From Bacteroidota bacterium (GTDB lineage: Bacteria; Bacteroidota; Bacteroidia; Bacteroidales; JAAUTT01): 64,000 bases of DNA. Made by a program: the position numbers and the translations under genes. The notes below the pieces were generated by a model. The model made no database searches, was not told where the DNA came from, and saw only the letters and a program-made list of their open reading frames with translations. Shown here piece after piece: positions 28,133 through 38,190 of this stretch (position 1 is the first letter of the stretch; each line of letters begins with the position of its first letter). The DNA lies in the NCBI GenBank assembly GCA_023429135.1, contig JAEYWD010000115.1:74471-138470 (forward strand), given 5' to 3'.

Positions 28133-31039
28133 TTAGAAACTTTCGAACAAGTTATCGCTCTGCCCCATTTTGTCCATTTCTATGTTGATGCCGGAAGTTT
28201 TTCCTGTATGTTTATCGTCTTTTGCCGCAAACCCTTGCCTTTTTGCGGATTTATGAGCAGGCTTAACAGGTTGGGACATGTTAAGTTTCCGGCCGGTATT
28301 GAAGAAACTGATGGTTTCTTTTAACTGTTCGGCCTGGCTGGCCAGTTCTTCGGAGCTGGAACTCATCTCTTCAGCCGCAGCCGCATTTTGCTGTGTTACC
28401 TGAGTGAATTGAATAACGGCTTTCGTTATCTGTTCCGATCCAAGGCGTTGCTCATTGCTCGAGGCTGCAATTTCCTTTACCAGTTCGGCCGTTTTTTGAA
28501 TTTCGGGAATTATTTTTTGCATCATGTCACCCGATTCTTCCGTCGTTTTTAAACTGGACGCTGATAACTCGTTAATTTCAACAGCAGCTTTCTGGCTTAC
28601 TTCGGCAAGTTTGCGCACCTCGGCTGCAACTACGGCAAAACCTTTGCCCTGTTCGCCCGCCCGGGCTGCTTCAATAGCTGCATTAATAGCCAGAATGTCC
28701 GTTTTACCGGCAATATCGTTAATGATTTTAATTTTTTCCGATATCTGTTTCATGGCATCCAGGCTTCTTTTAACTGATATATTAAAATCCAGCATGCTTT
28801 TGGCCGATTCAATAGCAATTTTTTCAGTGATAGCAGAATTGTCGCTGTTCTGCTGAATTGTCGATGCCATCTCTTCTATTGACGACGAAACTTCCTCTGC
28901 CGAAGCCGATTGCTCGCTGGCTCCTTCCGAAATCTGGATGGAGGATCGGCTCATTTCGTTACTGCTGATGGCTACATTTTCGGCAGCTTCCATTACCTGA
29001 CCAACAATTTCGCTTAAGCGCGAAACCATATCGGAAAGAGCACCCATTAAATCGTCATTTTCTGAGCGTCGGGCCAGGGTAACAGTAAGGTCTCCCTGTG
29101 CAATCATCTTGGCTTTTGTTATTATTTCGTTAAAAGCATGGATAAGGCTGTTGAGATTATTTTTAATATTATTGAAATCGCCGTTGTAGTTGTCGGTGAT
29201 GAGCTGAGGCATGTCGCCTTTCGAAATTCTTTCGACATAAAGGGCGGCAACGTTTAATGGTCCAATAACGGCATCGAGCGTGCTGTTAACACCTTCAACA
29301 ATTTTACGGTAATCTCCCAGATGCCTTTCTGCATTGGCTCTGGTTTCCAGGCGGCCTTCCAAAGCGGCTTTTACAAGCATGTTTGCATCGTCCGAGAGCC
29401 TATTAATGGCTGCTACCGAAACATTTACAGCATGATTTATCGTGTCGAACATTTTTTGCGCTTCCAAAGTATCGTTGTCGGCCTCTTCGGTTTTAAGGTC
29501 AAACATCAGGTCGCCTTTGGAAAGGCTTGTTAAACCTTCAGTTAGCTTTACAGCTTCATTGGTCTGATATTTTTCAATTTTTTCGGCTTTCCTCATCGCT
29601 AGCTTTATGGCTGTTTGATCGCTCACTACCTCAAAGGCTCCGATAACACTACCCTCTTTGTTTCGGAGTGGAACAGCAGAATACTGAATTTCAAGTTCCA
29701 GATTCCCGGGACGTGCTACAGTTTCGCTTTTTTGGTTGGCATTGGTTTGTATAGATTTGGCGCAGGCACAGTTTTGGGTTTTGCAGTCACCTGTTCTGAA
29801 GTGATCGTAACATTTGGTTCCTATTAATTGGTGCTGTATTTTATTGCCTACCTGGGCGCCTATATGGTTGATGTAATTTATTTCGAAATTATTGTTGATA
29901 AGCATTGCTGGTGTTGGCATTGCGTCCAGTAGGCCAACAAGAGTGTTGAGGGTGTCGTTTACTCCATCAACAATTTTTTTGAAATCGCCCGAATGCCTTT
30001 CTGCATTGGCGCGAGTATGAAGTTTTCCTTCAATGGCAGCACTACTGAGCATGTTTGCATCACTAATAAGCATTTTAACAGCCTCGATGCATTTGTTGAG
30101 GCTGTTTTTTATTTCGTTGAAATCGCCATTGTAATTGTCAGTAATTTTATCGGGGATATCACCGTTCGAAATTCGGTCGACATATTCGGCTGCCACATTT
30201 AATGGCTCAATTACAGCATCCAGAGTTTTGTTGAATCCGGAAATAATTTCCCGGAACTCCTCGTTTGTTTCCTCAATTTTTGCCCTTGTTGATAACTTCC
30301 CTTCGAGTGCTGCTTCTGTCAGTTTTTTGGTTTGTGCAATGATGGATTGTATTATTTTCTGAATGTTCGCTGAAATAAATATTCCGGATAGGATGGCTAT
30401 GATCAGTCCTGCAATTATCGTCAGAATTATAAAGCTTTGAGATGAAGTTCCTGAGGATACGGTTTCATCTACCATTTTACCGGTGTTCTTGATGTTGTTG
30501 GATTTTAGCAGCTCAAAAGTTTCACCCATTGTATTTGAAATTGGTACCATTAGGGCGTAAGTCGCTTCATATTCCGATTTGAGTGTTTGAAGGGAATTAC
30601 TATCTGCAGTGGTCATTTGAGCAATTAACTGGTCAAGAGTGATGTAGATATTACGCCAATCTTTGTATTCTGCTCGTATTTTGGCCTGAAGTCTCAATCC
30701 TTCGGCGCTCTGACGGGGAATGGATTCGGATAATTTCCAAAATTTGTCTACTTTTTCCCAGGAAGCAAGTCTTTTTTGTTGAATGTTTTGAAGTTCCTTT
30801 CTGAATTGCTGGATGTCTTTCTGGTTAAAGGCAAGCATTACCTCAAGCGTTTGCGAACGGATAACCATTCGTTCTTCATTGATCCCTGAAAATGCTTCCA
30901 TGGATGGGATTCGGTTGTCGCGGATGTTTAAAGTGCTGTTGTTTTGGTTTTTAATTGAGTAATAGCCAATAAGACCGATTATGCCAGCAATTATTGCTGT
31001 TACAGTAAAACCGGTCATTATTTTTGTTCTGATTTTCAT
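28133..31039 (-). CDS. Methyl-accepting chemotaxis protein with extended multi-module cytoplasmic region and Cys-rich PAS-like insert (MCP3)
   Basis: 968 aa. TM1, periplasmic helical region, TM2, then repeated HAMP-like modules flanking a PAS-like domain with [17 protein letters not shown]. The signalling domain is the same as in MCP1/2. C-terminus LFESF. Confidence 0.93.
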   Translation of the reverse strand: MKIRTKIMTGFTVTAIIAGIIGLIGYYSIKNQNNSTLNIRDNRIPSMEAFSGINEERMVIRSQTLEVMLAFNQKDIQQFRKELQNIQQKRLASWEKVDKFWKLSESIPRQSAEGLRLQAKIRAEYKDWRNIYITLDQLIAQMTTADSNSLQTLKSEYEATYALMVPISNTMGETFELLKSNNIKNTGKMVDETVSSGTSSQSFIILTIIAGLIIAILSGIFISANIQKIIQSIIAQTKKLTEAALEGKLSTRAKIEETNEEFREIISGFNKTLDAVIEPLNVAAEYVDRISNGDIPDKITDNYNGDFNEIKNSLNKCIEAVKMLISDANMLSSAAIEGKLHTRANAERHSGDFKKIVDGVNDTLNTLVGLLDAMPTPAMLINNNFEINYINHIGAQVGNKIQHQLIGTKCYDHFRTGDCKTQNCACAKSIQTNANQKSETVARPGNLELEIQYSAVPLRNKEGSVIGAFEVVSDQTAIKLAMRKAEKIEKYQTNEAVKLTEGLTSLSKGDLMFDLKTEEADNDTLEAQKMFDTINHAVNVSVAAINRLSDDANMLVKAALEGRLETRANAERHLGDYRKIVEGVNSTLDAVIGPLNVAALYVERISKGDMPQLITDNYNGDFNNIKNNLNSLIHAFNEIITKAKMIAQGDLTVTLARRSENDDLMGALSDMVSRLSEIVGQVMEAAENVAISSNEMSRSSIQISEGASEQSASAEEVSSSIEEMASTIQQNSDNSAITEKIAIESAKSMLDFNISVKRSLDAMKQISEKIKIINDIAGKTDILAINAAIEAARAGEQGKGFAVVAAEVRKLAEVSQKAAVEINELSASSLKTTEESGDMMQKIIPEIQKTAELVKEIAASSNEQRLGSEQITKAVIQFTQVTQQNAAAAEEMSSSSEELASQAEQLKETISFFNTGRKLNMSQPVKPAHKSAKRQGFAAKDDKHTGKTSGINIEMDKMGQSDNLFESF

Positions 31040-31115
31040 TTTTATTTTTGTTTACATTTTTGTTAACGGATACTCTGTTGAGAATTGCAGGACAGTTTTG
31101 GGCTGTTGAGCCGTT

Positions 31116-31155
31116 AAACCAGCTCGGGGTAACTGCTGTTGCCCCAGGCTGGTTT
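31116..31155 (-). terminator. Imperfect long hairpin between mcp4 and mcp3 (terminator/attenuator or processing site candidate)
   Basis: AAACCAGCTCGGGGTAAC pairs with GTTGCCCCAGGCTGGTTT, about 15 of 18 positions paired around loop TGCT. No T-run follows on the minus strand. Confidence 0.3.
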
Positions 31156-31204
31156 GGATGTGGTAGGAACAGAATTCTCTATTCCTGATCGCCTCTTTCG
31201 AAGT

Positions 31205-34072
31205 TTAGAAGTTTTCGAACATTTTGTCGTCCTTGTCTATACCATTGAGGTCGACATTAACTCCCACGGCATGATCGGTCTGCCGGGCAGTTTTCCCCTG
31301 CAAACTTCCTCTTTTGCCTGCTTTGTGAGTAGGCTTCATCGGTTGGGTTATTTTGATCTGCCGTCCGGTGTTGAAGAAACTGATGGTTTCCTTCAGCAAC
31401 TCGGCCTGGCTTGCCAGTTCTTCGGAACTGGAGCTCATTTCCTCTGCTGCTGCTGCATTTTGCTGGGTTACCTGTGTAAACTGAATCACAGCTTTTGTGA
31501 TCTGTTCCGAACCCATTCTTTGCTCGTTGCTCGATGCTGCAATTTCCTTCACCAATTGAGCCGTCTTCTGGATTTCGGGAATTATCTTCATCATCATGCT
31601 TCCCGACTCCTCGGTAACGCGCAGACTTGAAGCCGACAATTCGTTAATTTCAACCGCTGCTTTTTGGCTTACTTCTGCAAGCTTACGCACTTCGGCAGCT
31701 ACCACCGCAAAGCCTTTGCCCTGTTCGCCGGCACGCGCTGCTTCAATTGCTGCATTAATGGCAAGAATGTCAGTTTTTCCGGCAATGTCGTTGATGATTT
31801 TGATTTTTTCCGATATCTGACGCATGGCTTCAAGGCTTTTTTGGGCAGCGGTGTTTACATCCATCATTCCCTGAGCCGAAGCAACAGCAATCTTTTCGGT
31901 CGTAATGGAGTTGTCGCTGTTCTGCTGGATTGTGGACGACATTTCCTCAATTGATGAGGATACTTCTTCTGCCGATGCCGATTGCTCGCTTGCACCTTCC
32001 GAGATCTGAACTGCCGAGGTGCTCATTTCGTTACTACTGGTAGCTACATTCTGAGCGGCTTCCATTACCTGGCTAACAATTTCGCTCAATCGGGCAACCA
32101 TTTCGGAGAGTGCTCCCATTAACTCATCATTTTCTGAACGCTTGGCAAGGGTAATGGTTAAGTCCCCCTGAGCCACCATTTTGGCTTTGGTTATTATTTC
32201 GTTGAAAGCATTGATGAGGCTGTTAAGATTATTTTTGATGCTGTTAAAGTCGCCGTTGTAATTGTCGGTTATCAAATCCGGCATATCACCTTTGGCTATT
32301 TTATCCACATACATGGCGGCCACGTTCAATGGACCAATTACTGCATCTAGCGTATTATTCACTCCTTCAACAATTTTGCGGAAATCGCCCTGATGACGCG
32401 AAGCATCTGCGCGGGTAGCGAGCTTCCCTTCTACGGCAGCGTTAGAGAGGAGGGTTGCATCGCTGACAAGTTCACTCACAGCTTCCTTAACTTGTTGTAA
32501 GCTGTTGTTAATTCTTTCGAACTGTTTCTTTACTTCCTGGGTATGTTCATCGGCCTCTCTGATGTTGAGGTTGAATTCCAGACTTCCTTTTGAAAGATGC
32601 CTGAGGTTGCCTTCTATTCTTTCAACCTCAGATTTTGTATAATCACTTACTCTGATTATTGATGTTAAATCGGTTACAACTTCAACAAAGCCGGTATTCT
32701 CGCCTTTTGCATTTTTTAGGTAAGCGGTATCCTGTTTACAACTCATTCCACACCAATCGAAGAAACTTTGATTAGTACCTTTTAATAATTGCTTTATTCC
32801 GCAATTTGCTGTGTTGCATATATTTGCTCCGGCATTACTGCATGCTTTTCCATAACCCGATTCACGGTCTTTTATAACGCCCTGATCAATCATCAGCCTC
32901 TCAAATTCTTTATTCATGTAGGTCCACGTCATATTTTCGTCGGTTACATGAATCGGGAATGGGACAGCATCAATGATGGATTCGTACCACACAGTTTTAT
33001 CTACAACCGTATCCAGGGTGGCATTAACTCCTTCTACAGTTTTACGAAATTCACCCTGATGATTCTGGGCATTGGCTCTGGTAGAGAATTTACCCTCTAT
33101 TGCTGCATTGGAAAGCATCTTGGAGTCTGTAACAAGTAGGTTTATAGCATCGATACACTGATTGAGGTTGCTCTTTATCTCATTGAAGTCGCCATTGTAA
33201 TTGTCGGTGATTTTCTCGGGTATGTTACCTTTGGAAATGCGGTCCACGTATTCGGCAGCTACATTGAGGGGCCCAATAACGGCATCGAGGGTCTTATTGA
33301 TACCTACCACAATTTCGCGGAATTCTTCGTTGGTGTCCTCGGTTTTGGCGCGCGTGGCAAGACGACCTGCTACGGCAGCATCAACCAGATCTTTGGTTTG
33401 TTTAATAACCGATTTGATGATGTTCTGAATGTTGGTGGCAATAATGAAACCGAGCACTATAGCTGCTAGCAGCGAAAGCGCCACCAAAGCAATCATGAAC
33501 GTTGTTGCGTTATCTGCTAAAGCTGTGTTTCCATCGGAAGTTTCTTTGGCCAGGGTTAGCTTACTTTGCTGCAGCTCATCCAGAGCTTTCTGGCAAACAT
33601 CATTATCCGATTTCATTTTGCCGTTCATAATCATTACCGCGCCATTAATGTTGTCATCCTTCAACATTTTTTTGATGTCAGGTACCGAAGACACGTAAGC
33701 GTCAAAAGATTCGTTCACTTTTTTAACAATTTCTTTACCTGCTTCAGTCAGCGTTGTTGCTTCTACCTTTGCTTCCGAATTTCGGAAAGTTTTGCTCAGC
33801 TCTTCAATCCGGGCCAGTTTTGCTTCACGATCTTCGTTATTTGTGGCATAAACGGCATCGCGCACATTTACTCTTACTCGCTGAAACGAAGTGGACATGT
33901 CCATCATATCGGCCATTGGTACTGTAATTTTTTCGTATAATTTTTTATCGGCAGCATCCAGTTGTTTTATTCTGGAAATGCCCATGTAACCTATTACACC
34001 TGCCAATGAAGCCACTAATAGAAAGCTTACCAGTAATTTTGTGCGAATTTTCATGTTTTTAACCCAGTTCAT
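31205..34072 (-). CDS. Methyl-accepting chemotaxis protein with extended multi-module cytoplasmic region and Cys-rich PAS-like insert (MCP4)
   Basis: 955 aa with the same layout as MCP3. The insert carries CSNAGANICNTANCGIKQ...FFDWCGMSCKQD. C-terminus MFENF. Confidence 0.93.
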   Translation of the reverse strand: MNWVKNMKIRTKLLVSFLLVASLAGVIGYMGISRIKQLDAADKKLYEKITVPMADMMDMSTSFQRVRVNVRDAVYATNNEDREAKLARIEELSKTFRNSEAKVEATTLTEAGKEIVKKVNESFDAYVSSVPDIKKMLKDDNINGAVMIMNGKMKSDNDVCQKALDELQQSKLTLAKETSDGNTALADNATTFMIALVALSLLAAIVLGFIIATNIQNIIKSVIKQTKDLVDAAVAGRLATRAKTEDTNEEFREIVVGINKTLDAVIGPLNVAAEYVDRISKGNIPEKITDNYNGDFNEIKSNLNQCIDAINLLVTDSKMLSNAAIEGKFSTRANAQNHQGEFRKTVEGVNATLDTVVDKTVWYESIIDAVPFPIHVTDENMTWTYMNKEFERLMIDQGVIKDRESGYGKACSNAGANICNTANCGIKQLLKGTNQSFFDWCGMSCKQDTAYLKNAKGENTGFVEVVTDLTSIIRVSDYTKSEVERIEGNLRHLSKGSLEFNLNIREADEHTQEVKKQFERINNSLQQVKEAVSELVSDATLLSNAAVEGKLATRADASRHQGDFRKIVEGVNNTLDAVIGPLNVAAMYVDKIAKGDMPDLITDNYNGDFNSIKNNLNSLINAFNEIITKAKMVAQGDLTITLAKRSENDELMGALSEMVARLSEIVSQVMEAAQNVATSSNEMSTSAVQISEGASEQSASAEEVSSSIEEMSSTIQQNSDNSITTEKIAVASAQGMMDVNTAAQKSLEAMRQISEKIKIINDIAGKTDILAINAAIEAARAGEQGKGFAVVAAEVRKLAEVSQKAAVEINELSASSLRVTEESGSMMMKIIPEIQKTAQLVKEIAASSNEQRMGSEQITKAVIQFTQVTQQNAAAAEEMSSSSEELASQAELLKETISFFNTGRQIKITQPMKPTHKAGKRGSLQGKTARQTDHAVGVNVDLNGIDKDDKMFENF

Positions 34073-34163
34073 AATTTTTCTTTTAATAATTATACTTTAT
34101 AATTCCCTTCTTCACTTTGCTCTTGTTCCGGTTAACATTTTAAATTCTTAGGCATAACGAGTT

Positions 34164-34754
34164 TTAAATACTTGTGATTCTTTCGCTTTTCATAAGCTCA
34201 AAATTTCTGTCGTTAAAGCATAACATGGCCCCATGACCAGGATAAATTGAATTTATTTTCCTTTTTTTCAAACGTGTCAATGCTTTCTCGTTTTCGGCGA
34301 AAAGAGTAGCATTAGTTTGAGAAATTGGAAATGATGTGTCTCCTGAGAAAAGAATTCCTTCTTTCTCATTGTACAGACAAATTGAATCGTAACTATGATA
34401 GGTGATATGGAAAACTTCAAATTGCTGGTCACCTATCTTCAATATTTCACCATCGTGTAAAACATGATCTACATGTTTCAGGTGAGAATTGAATGCATAA
34501 ATTTTTGGATGATAGGCTAGTTTTATTTCCTGTAGAATTGCTGCATGGTCCGAATGGCTGTGTGTTAATATCACCTGATCGATTTTATTTTTACCAAGGC
34601 CTGTATTAATACACTCGATTTTGCGGATAATGTTTATGTCACTGCCTACATCGATAAGTGTATTAAGATCATCCATGGCATTCCATGTTCCCATGACCAG
34701 AAAAACGTTGGCTGTGTAAAGATTGCTGTTGTGGGTAAGGTTGGCGATTTTCAT
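34164..34754 (-). CDS. MBL-fold metallo-hydrolase
   Basis: 196 aa with the metallo-beta-lactamase signature ILTHSHSDHAA, a downstream His/Asp (FSGDT) and PGHG. It lies between cheR and mcp4 on the same strand. Confidence 0.85.
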   Translation of the reverse strand: MKIANLTHNSNLYTANVFLVMGTWNAMDDLNTLIDVGSDINIIRKIECINTGLGKNKIDQVILTHSHSDHAAILQEIKLAYHPKIYAFNSHLKHVDHVLHDGEILKIGDQQFEVFHITYHSYDSICLYNEKEGILFSGDTSFPISQTNATLFAENEKALTRLKKRKINSIYPGHGAMLCFNDRNFELMKSERITSI

Positions 34755-34837
34755 CCGATAATAAATTTAAAGGTTGTGGTTTAGCATCACCGCATGTTGA
34801 TTGATGATTTTTAGTTGGGACATGCAGGTGCCTTAAT

Positions 34838-35443
34838 TTATATTTTTTCGTGTAATTGTGCGTAATCGAGCAACTTTCTGAATTTTCCGCTTAGTTCTTC
34901 GGGCATGGACTGGGTGTTTTCCATAGCCAGAAGTCCTCCGGTAAGTAACATGTCGTGATATAAAGAAAGAACTTCAACACGTTGAGGATAACTAAAATGT
35001 AGCAGTACATTTTTACAGATAATAAGGCTGTAATCGTTACGCAATGGTTTTAAATTCAGTAAATCATGTTTTTTGAATGTTACAAGACTTCTTAACTCCT
35101 GATTGACAATGAAGTGATCTTCTTTTTCGTGCGGACTGAAATACTTCTGAAAGAGGGGCGTTGGTATGCGTTGCAAGTGATCCTTATGGTAAATTCCTTC
35201 TGTAACGGTTTTCCCGAAGTCAACATTTTCGTTATCGATGTCGATAGCAAGAATTTTAACATTACGGAGTGCGAATTTTCCCATACTTTCGGCTAAAAGG
35301 ATGGCAAATGTGTAAGTTTCCATTCCCATAGCGCAACCAGCATTCAGAATGTGGATACTGCTGCGGCCCATTGATAACGGAACCAGCTTTTGCACTGTCT
35401 GTGTGAGTATTTGTTCGTCCCTGAAAAAGAATGTGAATGCCAT
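34838..35443 (-). CDS. cheR: CheR-type receptor methyltransferase lacking the N-terminal helical domain
   Basis: 201 aa. It aligns by eye to the E. coli CheR catalytic domain from the FFR motif onward: FFFRDEQ, ILNAGCAMGMETYTFAILLAE, AIDID, EGIY, IICKNVLLHF, GGLLAMENTQ. Only 4 nt separate it from the cheW2 stop, leaving no room for a CheR_N domain. Confidence 0.85.
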   Translation of the reverse strand: MAFTFFFRDEQILTQTVQKLVPLSMGRSSIHILNAGCAMGMETYTFAILLAESMGKFALRNVKILAIDIDNENVDFGKTVTEGIYHKDHLQRIPTPLFQKYFSPHEKEDHFIVNQELRSLVTFKKHDLLNLKPLRNDYSLIICKNVLLHFSYPQRVEVLSLYHDMLLTGGLLAMENTQSMPEELSGKFRKLLDYAQLHEKI

Positions 35444-35447
35444 TAAA

Positions 35448-35936
35448 TCAGGAATTTGCTAAGGTGCCGTTTAATTCGTTTGTTTCTTTAATCGTTTTCA
35501 GTTCGGTACCTGAGAATACACGTTCTACATTGAGCAGCATAATAAATTCATTGCCGAGTTTGTAAATTCCGTGCAGAAAATCGGTATTAAACTCTTTGCT
35601 CATAGCTGGTACGGGTTTAATATCAGCATCTTCGATGGATATCACGTCTTTCACTTTGTCTACAACAGCTCCCAAACGGAACATGTCCACTCCTTCCGAA
35701 ACATCGAGAACGATGATATTGTACGATTCGTCATCGTTTCTTTCGGGTAAGTTAAAACGCACACGTGTTTCGAAAACTGGTACTACATCGCCCCGGAAAT
35801 TGATAATGCCACGGATATAAGTCGGGGCGTTGGGAACAGGGGTAATGTGTTCTTCCTGCAATACTTCCAGTACTTTGGCTACATTTACAGCGTAATGGTC
35901 ACCGCAAATGGTAAACGATAGATAAGTTCTGATCAT
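35448..35936 (-). CDS. cheW: Chemotaxis coupling protein CheW (copy 2)
   Basis: 162 aa paralog of CheW1 ([35 protein letters not shown]). Confidence 0.9.
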   Translation of the reverse strand: MIRTYLSFTICGDHYAVNVAKVLEVLQEEHITPVPNAPTYIRGIINFRGDVVPVFETRVRFNLPERNDDESYNIIVLDVSEGVDMFRLGAVVDKVKDVISIEDADIKPVPAMSKEFNTDFLHGIYKLGNEFIMLLNVERVFSGTELKTIKETNELNGTLANS

Positions 35937-35955
35937 AGTTTTAATGTATTAAAGG

Positions 35956-37956
35956 TTATAGACTTTCGGCTGTTAAGAATAATTCGTTTGTATCCATCAT
36001 AAAAGCAAGTTTGCCGTCACCAAGCTGACTGGCTGCACCAATGCACTTCTGATCCCGGAAAAGATTCCCCAGCGGTTTGAGCACTGCCTGGTGTCCACCA
36101 ATAATGGTGTCGGTGAGAAGGGCTAACTGACGGTCGTTATTCCTGAGGATAATGGCTTTTGTAATTTCGTGGTAAGTTCCACCCAAATGAAATTGATTTC
36201 GAATATCAACAAACGGGATAAGTTGGTTTTCAAAAGGAATGGTACAGGTATGCTTTCTTTTTTCAATTTCTTTCGATGGAATTTGCATACAGATGTTGAT
36301 GTCGGAAATCGGAACGGTGAAGAAAGTGTCCTGAACTTTAAATAGCAGGGTGTCTATTATAGCGATGGATTGTTGTAACTTCAAGGTGAAAGATGTGCCA
36401 ACGCCTGTCTCGGTATCAACTATTACTTCGCCGCGAAGCTCCATAATTTTACGTTTTACAACATCCATTCCTACACCACGACCCGATACTTCGGTGAGGT
36501 TTTGGGCAGTAGAAAATCCTGGCATGAAAATCATATCCAGCAGTTCGCTTCTTGTAGGTTTGTCGGTGGCTTTGATAATGCCTTTTTCTACAGCCTTTTT
36601 CTGAATTTTTTCCAAATCAACACCGCTACCATCATCTTCAATCCTGATTACAACAACATTGCCATTATTACTTGCTGATATTTTAATGGTTCCCGACTCT
36701 GGTTTTCCTTTTTGCCTTCTTATGTGAGGCATTTCAATGCCATGATCAATGCAGTTGCGGATAATATGCATAAGCGGATCGCTTAACTGATCAATGGTGC
36801 CTTTGTCAACCTCAGTGTCAATGCCTTCGGTAATAAGTTCCACATCTTTGTCGAGCTGGCGTGAAAGATCGCGGATTAATCTCTTGAATCTCAGGATAGA
36901 TTCACTCAACGGTACCAGTCGTATGTCGAGTGCATTGTTCCGGAACTGCTTGGAGAGATTGTCGAGTCTTTCGGTATAGGGCCATATTTTTTCGAATTTA
37001 CTGTCGCTGGTATTAAGATTAAATTGTGAGTTAAGTGTAATTAGCTCGCTCACCAGGTACATTAAATGATCCAGTTTTGCAGAATCTACGGAGATACGTT
37101 TAACCTGTTTTTTGCCATTATCGGCTTTCTCAGTTGATTTTTCGCACGGGTTCTGATTCTGTGCTGTAGAAGAAGTGTCTCTTTTCTCCTGGTATTCCAC
37201 AAATTCGATGATCGATTGTTCGTTATCCATGCTTATGGGCATTGCATCTTCAAACAGGTTGCGGTTGGTTAACCTGGTGATAGTACAATCGTCCTCTATA
37301 AACATAAATACTTCGCGGATATCATTCTCGCTTGCACTGCTGTATAGAATAATGCTCCATGTATCTATCCCCTCATTACTCAGGTGATCGAGACGCGAAA
37401 TCTCAAATTGTCCTAACGATGCAAGGTCATGAAATAAACTGGTAATGCTGATGCCCCGGAAGTAGATCTGTTCATTCGCTCTGATGAGAATATGCCACGT
37501 GCTTGGGGTGATTTTAGAGCTTGAATTATTTTCTTCGCTAACTGATGAGCCGGACATAATAGCAGGAATAACTTCCAATATAGCTTTAATTTCGGCCATA
37601 ATGCTGTTTTGATTTGCCTGGTTCTCTGGCACCTGAAGTTGCTCGTCGTTCAGGAGTTTGCGAATATGGTCAACCGAATGGAAAGTAATGTCGAAGATCT
37701 TTTTGTCAAAACGTGCTATCTTATCGCGAATAGCCTGATAAAGGCTCTCGAGATTATGGGTGAACTCACTTACATAATCGAAACCATACATGCCGCTAAC
37801 CCCTTTGATGGTGTGCATGGCCCGGAATGCAGATTCAATTAGATCCTTGTCCTCCGGTGAAGCTTCAAGGTCCAGAAGATCTTTTTCCAACTGGTCCAAT
37901 AGTCCCGACGCTTCTTCCAGGAATACTAATTTGAATTTTTGTAAAATTGGGTCCAT
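35956..37956 (-). CDS. cheA: Chemotaxis histidine kinase CheA (no fused receiver)
   Basis: 666 aa from the ATG at 37954-37956. Hpt/P1 domain with FRAMHTIKGVSGMYGF, a dimerisation region (VDSAKLDHLMYLVSELI), HATPase boxes (HIIRNCIDHGIE, DDGSGVD, GRGVGMDVV), and a C-terminal CheW-like P5 domain. Confidence 0.93.
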   Translation of the reverse strand: MDPILQKFKLVFLEEASGLLDQLEKDLLDLEASPEDKDLIESAFRAMHTIKGVSGMYGFDYVSEFTHNLESLYQAIRDKIARFDKKIFDITFHSVDHIRKLLNDEQLQVPENQANQNSIMAEIKAILEVIPAIMSGSSVSEENNSSSKITPSTWHILIRANEQIYFRGISITSLFHDLASLGQFEISRLDHLSNEGIDTWSIILYSSASENDIREVFMFIEDDCTITRLTNRNLFEDAMPISMDNEQSIIEFVEYQEKRDTSSTAQNQNPCEKSTEKADNGKKQVKRISVDSAKLDHLMYLVSELITLNSQFNLNTSDSKFEKIWPYTERLDNLSKQFRNNALDIRLVPLSESILRFKRLIRDLSRQLDKDVELITEGIDTEVDKGTIDQLSDPLMHIIRNCIDHGIEMPHIRRQKGKPESGTIKISASNNGNVVVIRIEDDGSGVDLEKIQKKAVEKGIIKATDKPTRSELLDMIFMPGFSTAQNLTEVSGRGVGMDVVKRKIMELRGEVIVDTETGVGTSFTLKLQQSIAIIDTLLFKVQDTFFTVPISDINICMQIPSKEIEKRKHTCTIPFENQLIPFVDIRNQFHLGGTYHEITKAIILRNNDRQLALLTDTIIGGHQAVLKPLGNLFRDQKCIGAASQLGDGKLAFMMDTNELFLTAESL

Positions 37957-38010
37957 ATGAATGTGATTTGTAAATAAAATTACTATTAAGGCTGGGCAAA
38001 AAAGCAATCC

Positions 38011-38047
38011 AAACTGACGGTTTTAGGTCGGTAAAAAGTATGATTTT
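38011..38047 (-). promoter_or_regulatory. Conserved bipartite che-upstream motif, copy D
   Basis: The + strand reads AAACTGACGGTTTTAGGTCGGTAAAAAGTATGATTTT, 55 nt upstream of the cheA start. Confidence 0.5.
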
Positions 38048-38190
38048 TCCGGCGACTAAAGTATTACCAATGGACTCATGCGGTTTTCCAATAAATTGTG
38101 AAGTCAGTTTTGGGAAAGAGGATTGTAGCAGGCATTGAATCTTAAATTCTCATTACCATTACAATCCTCTTTAATTTGCAGGGCTATTTG

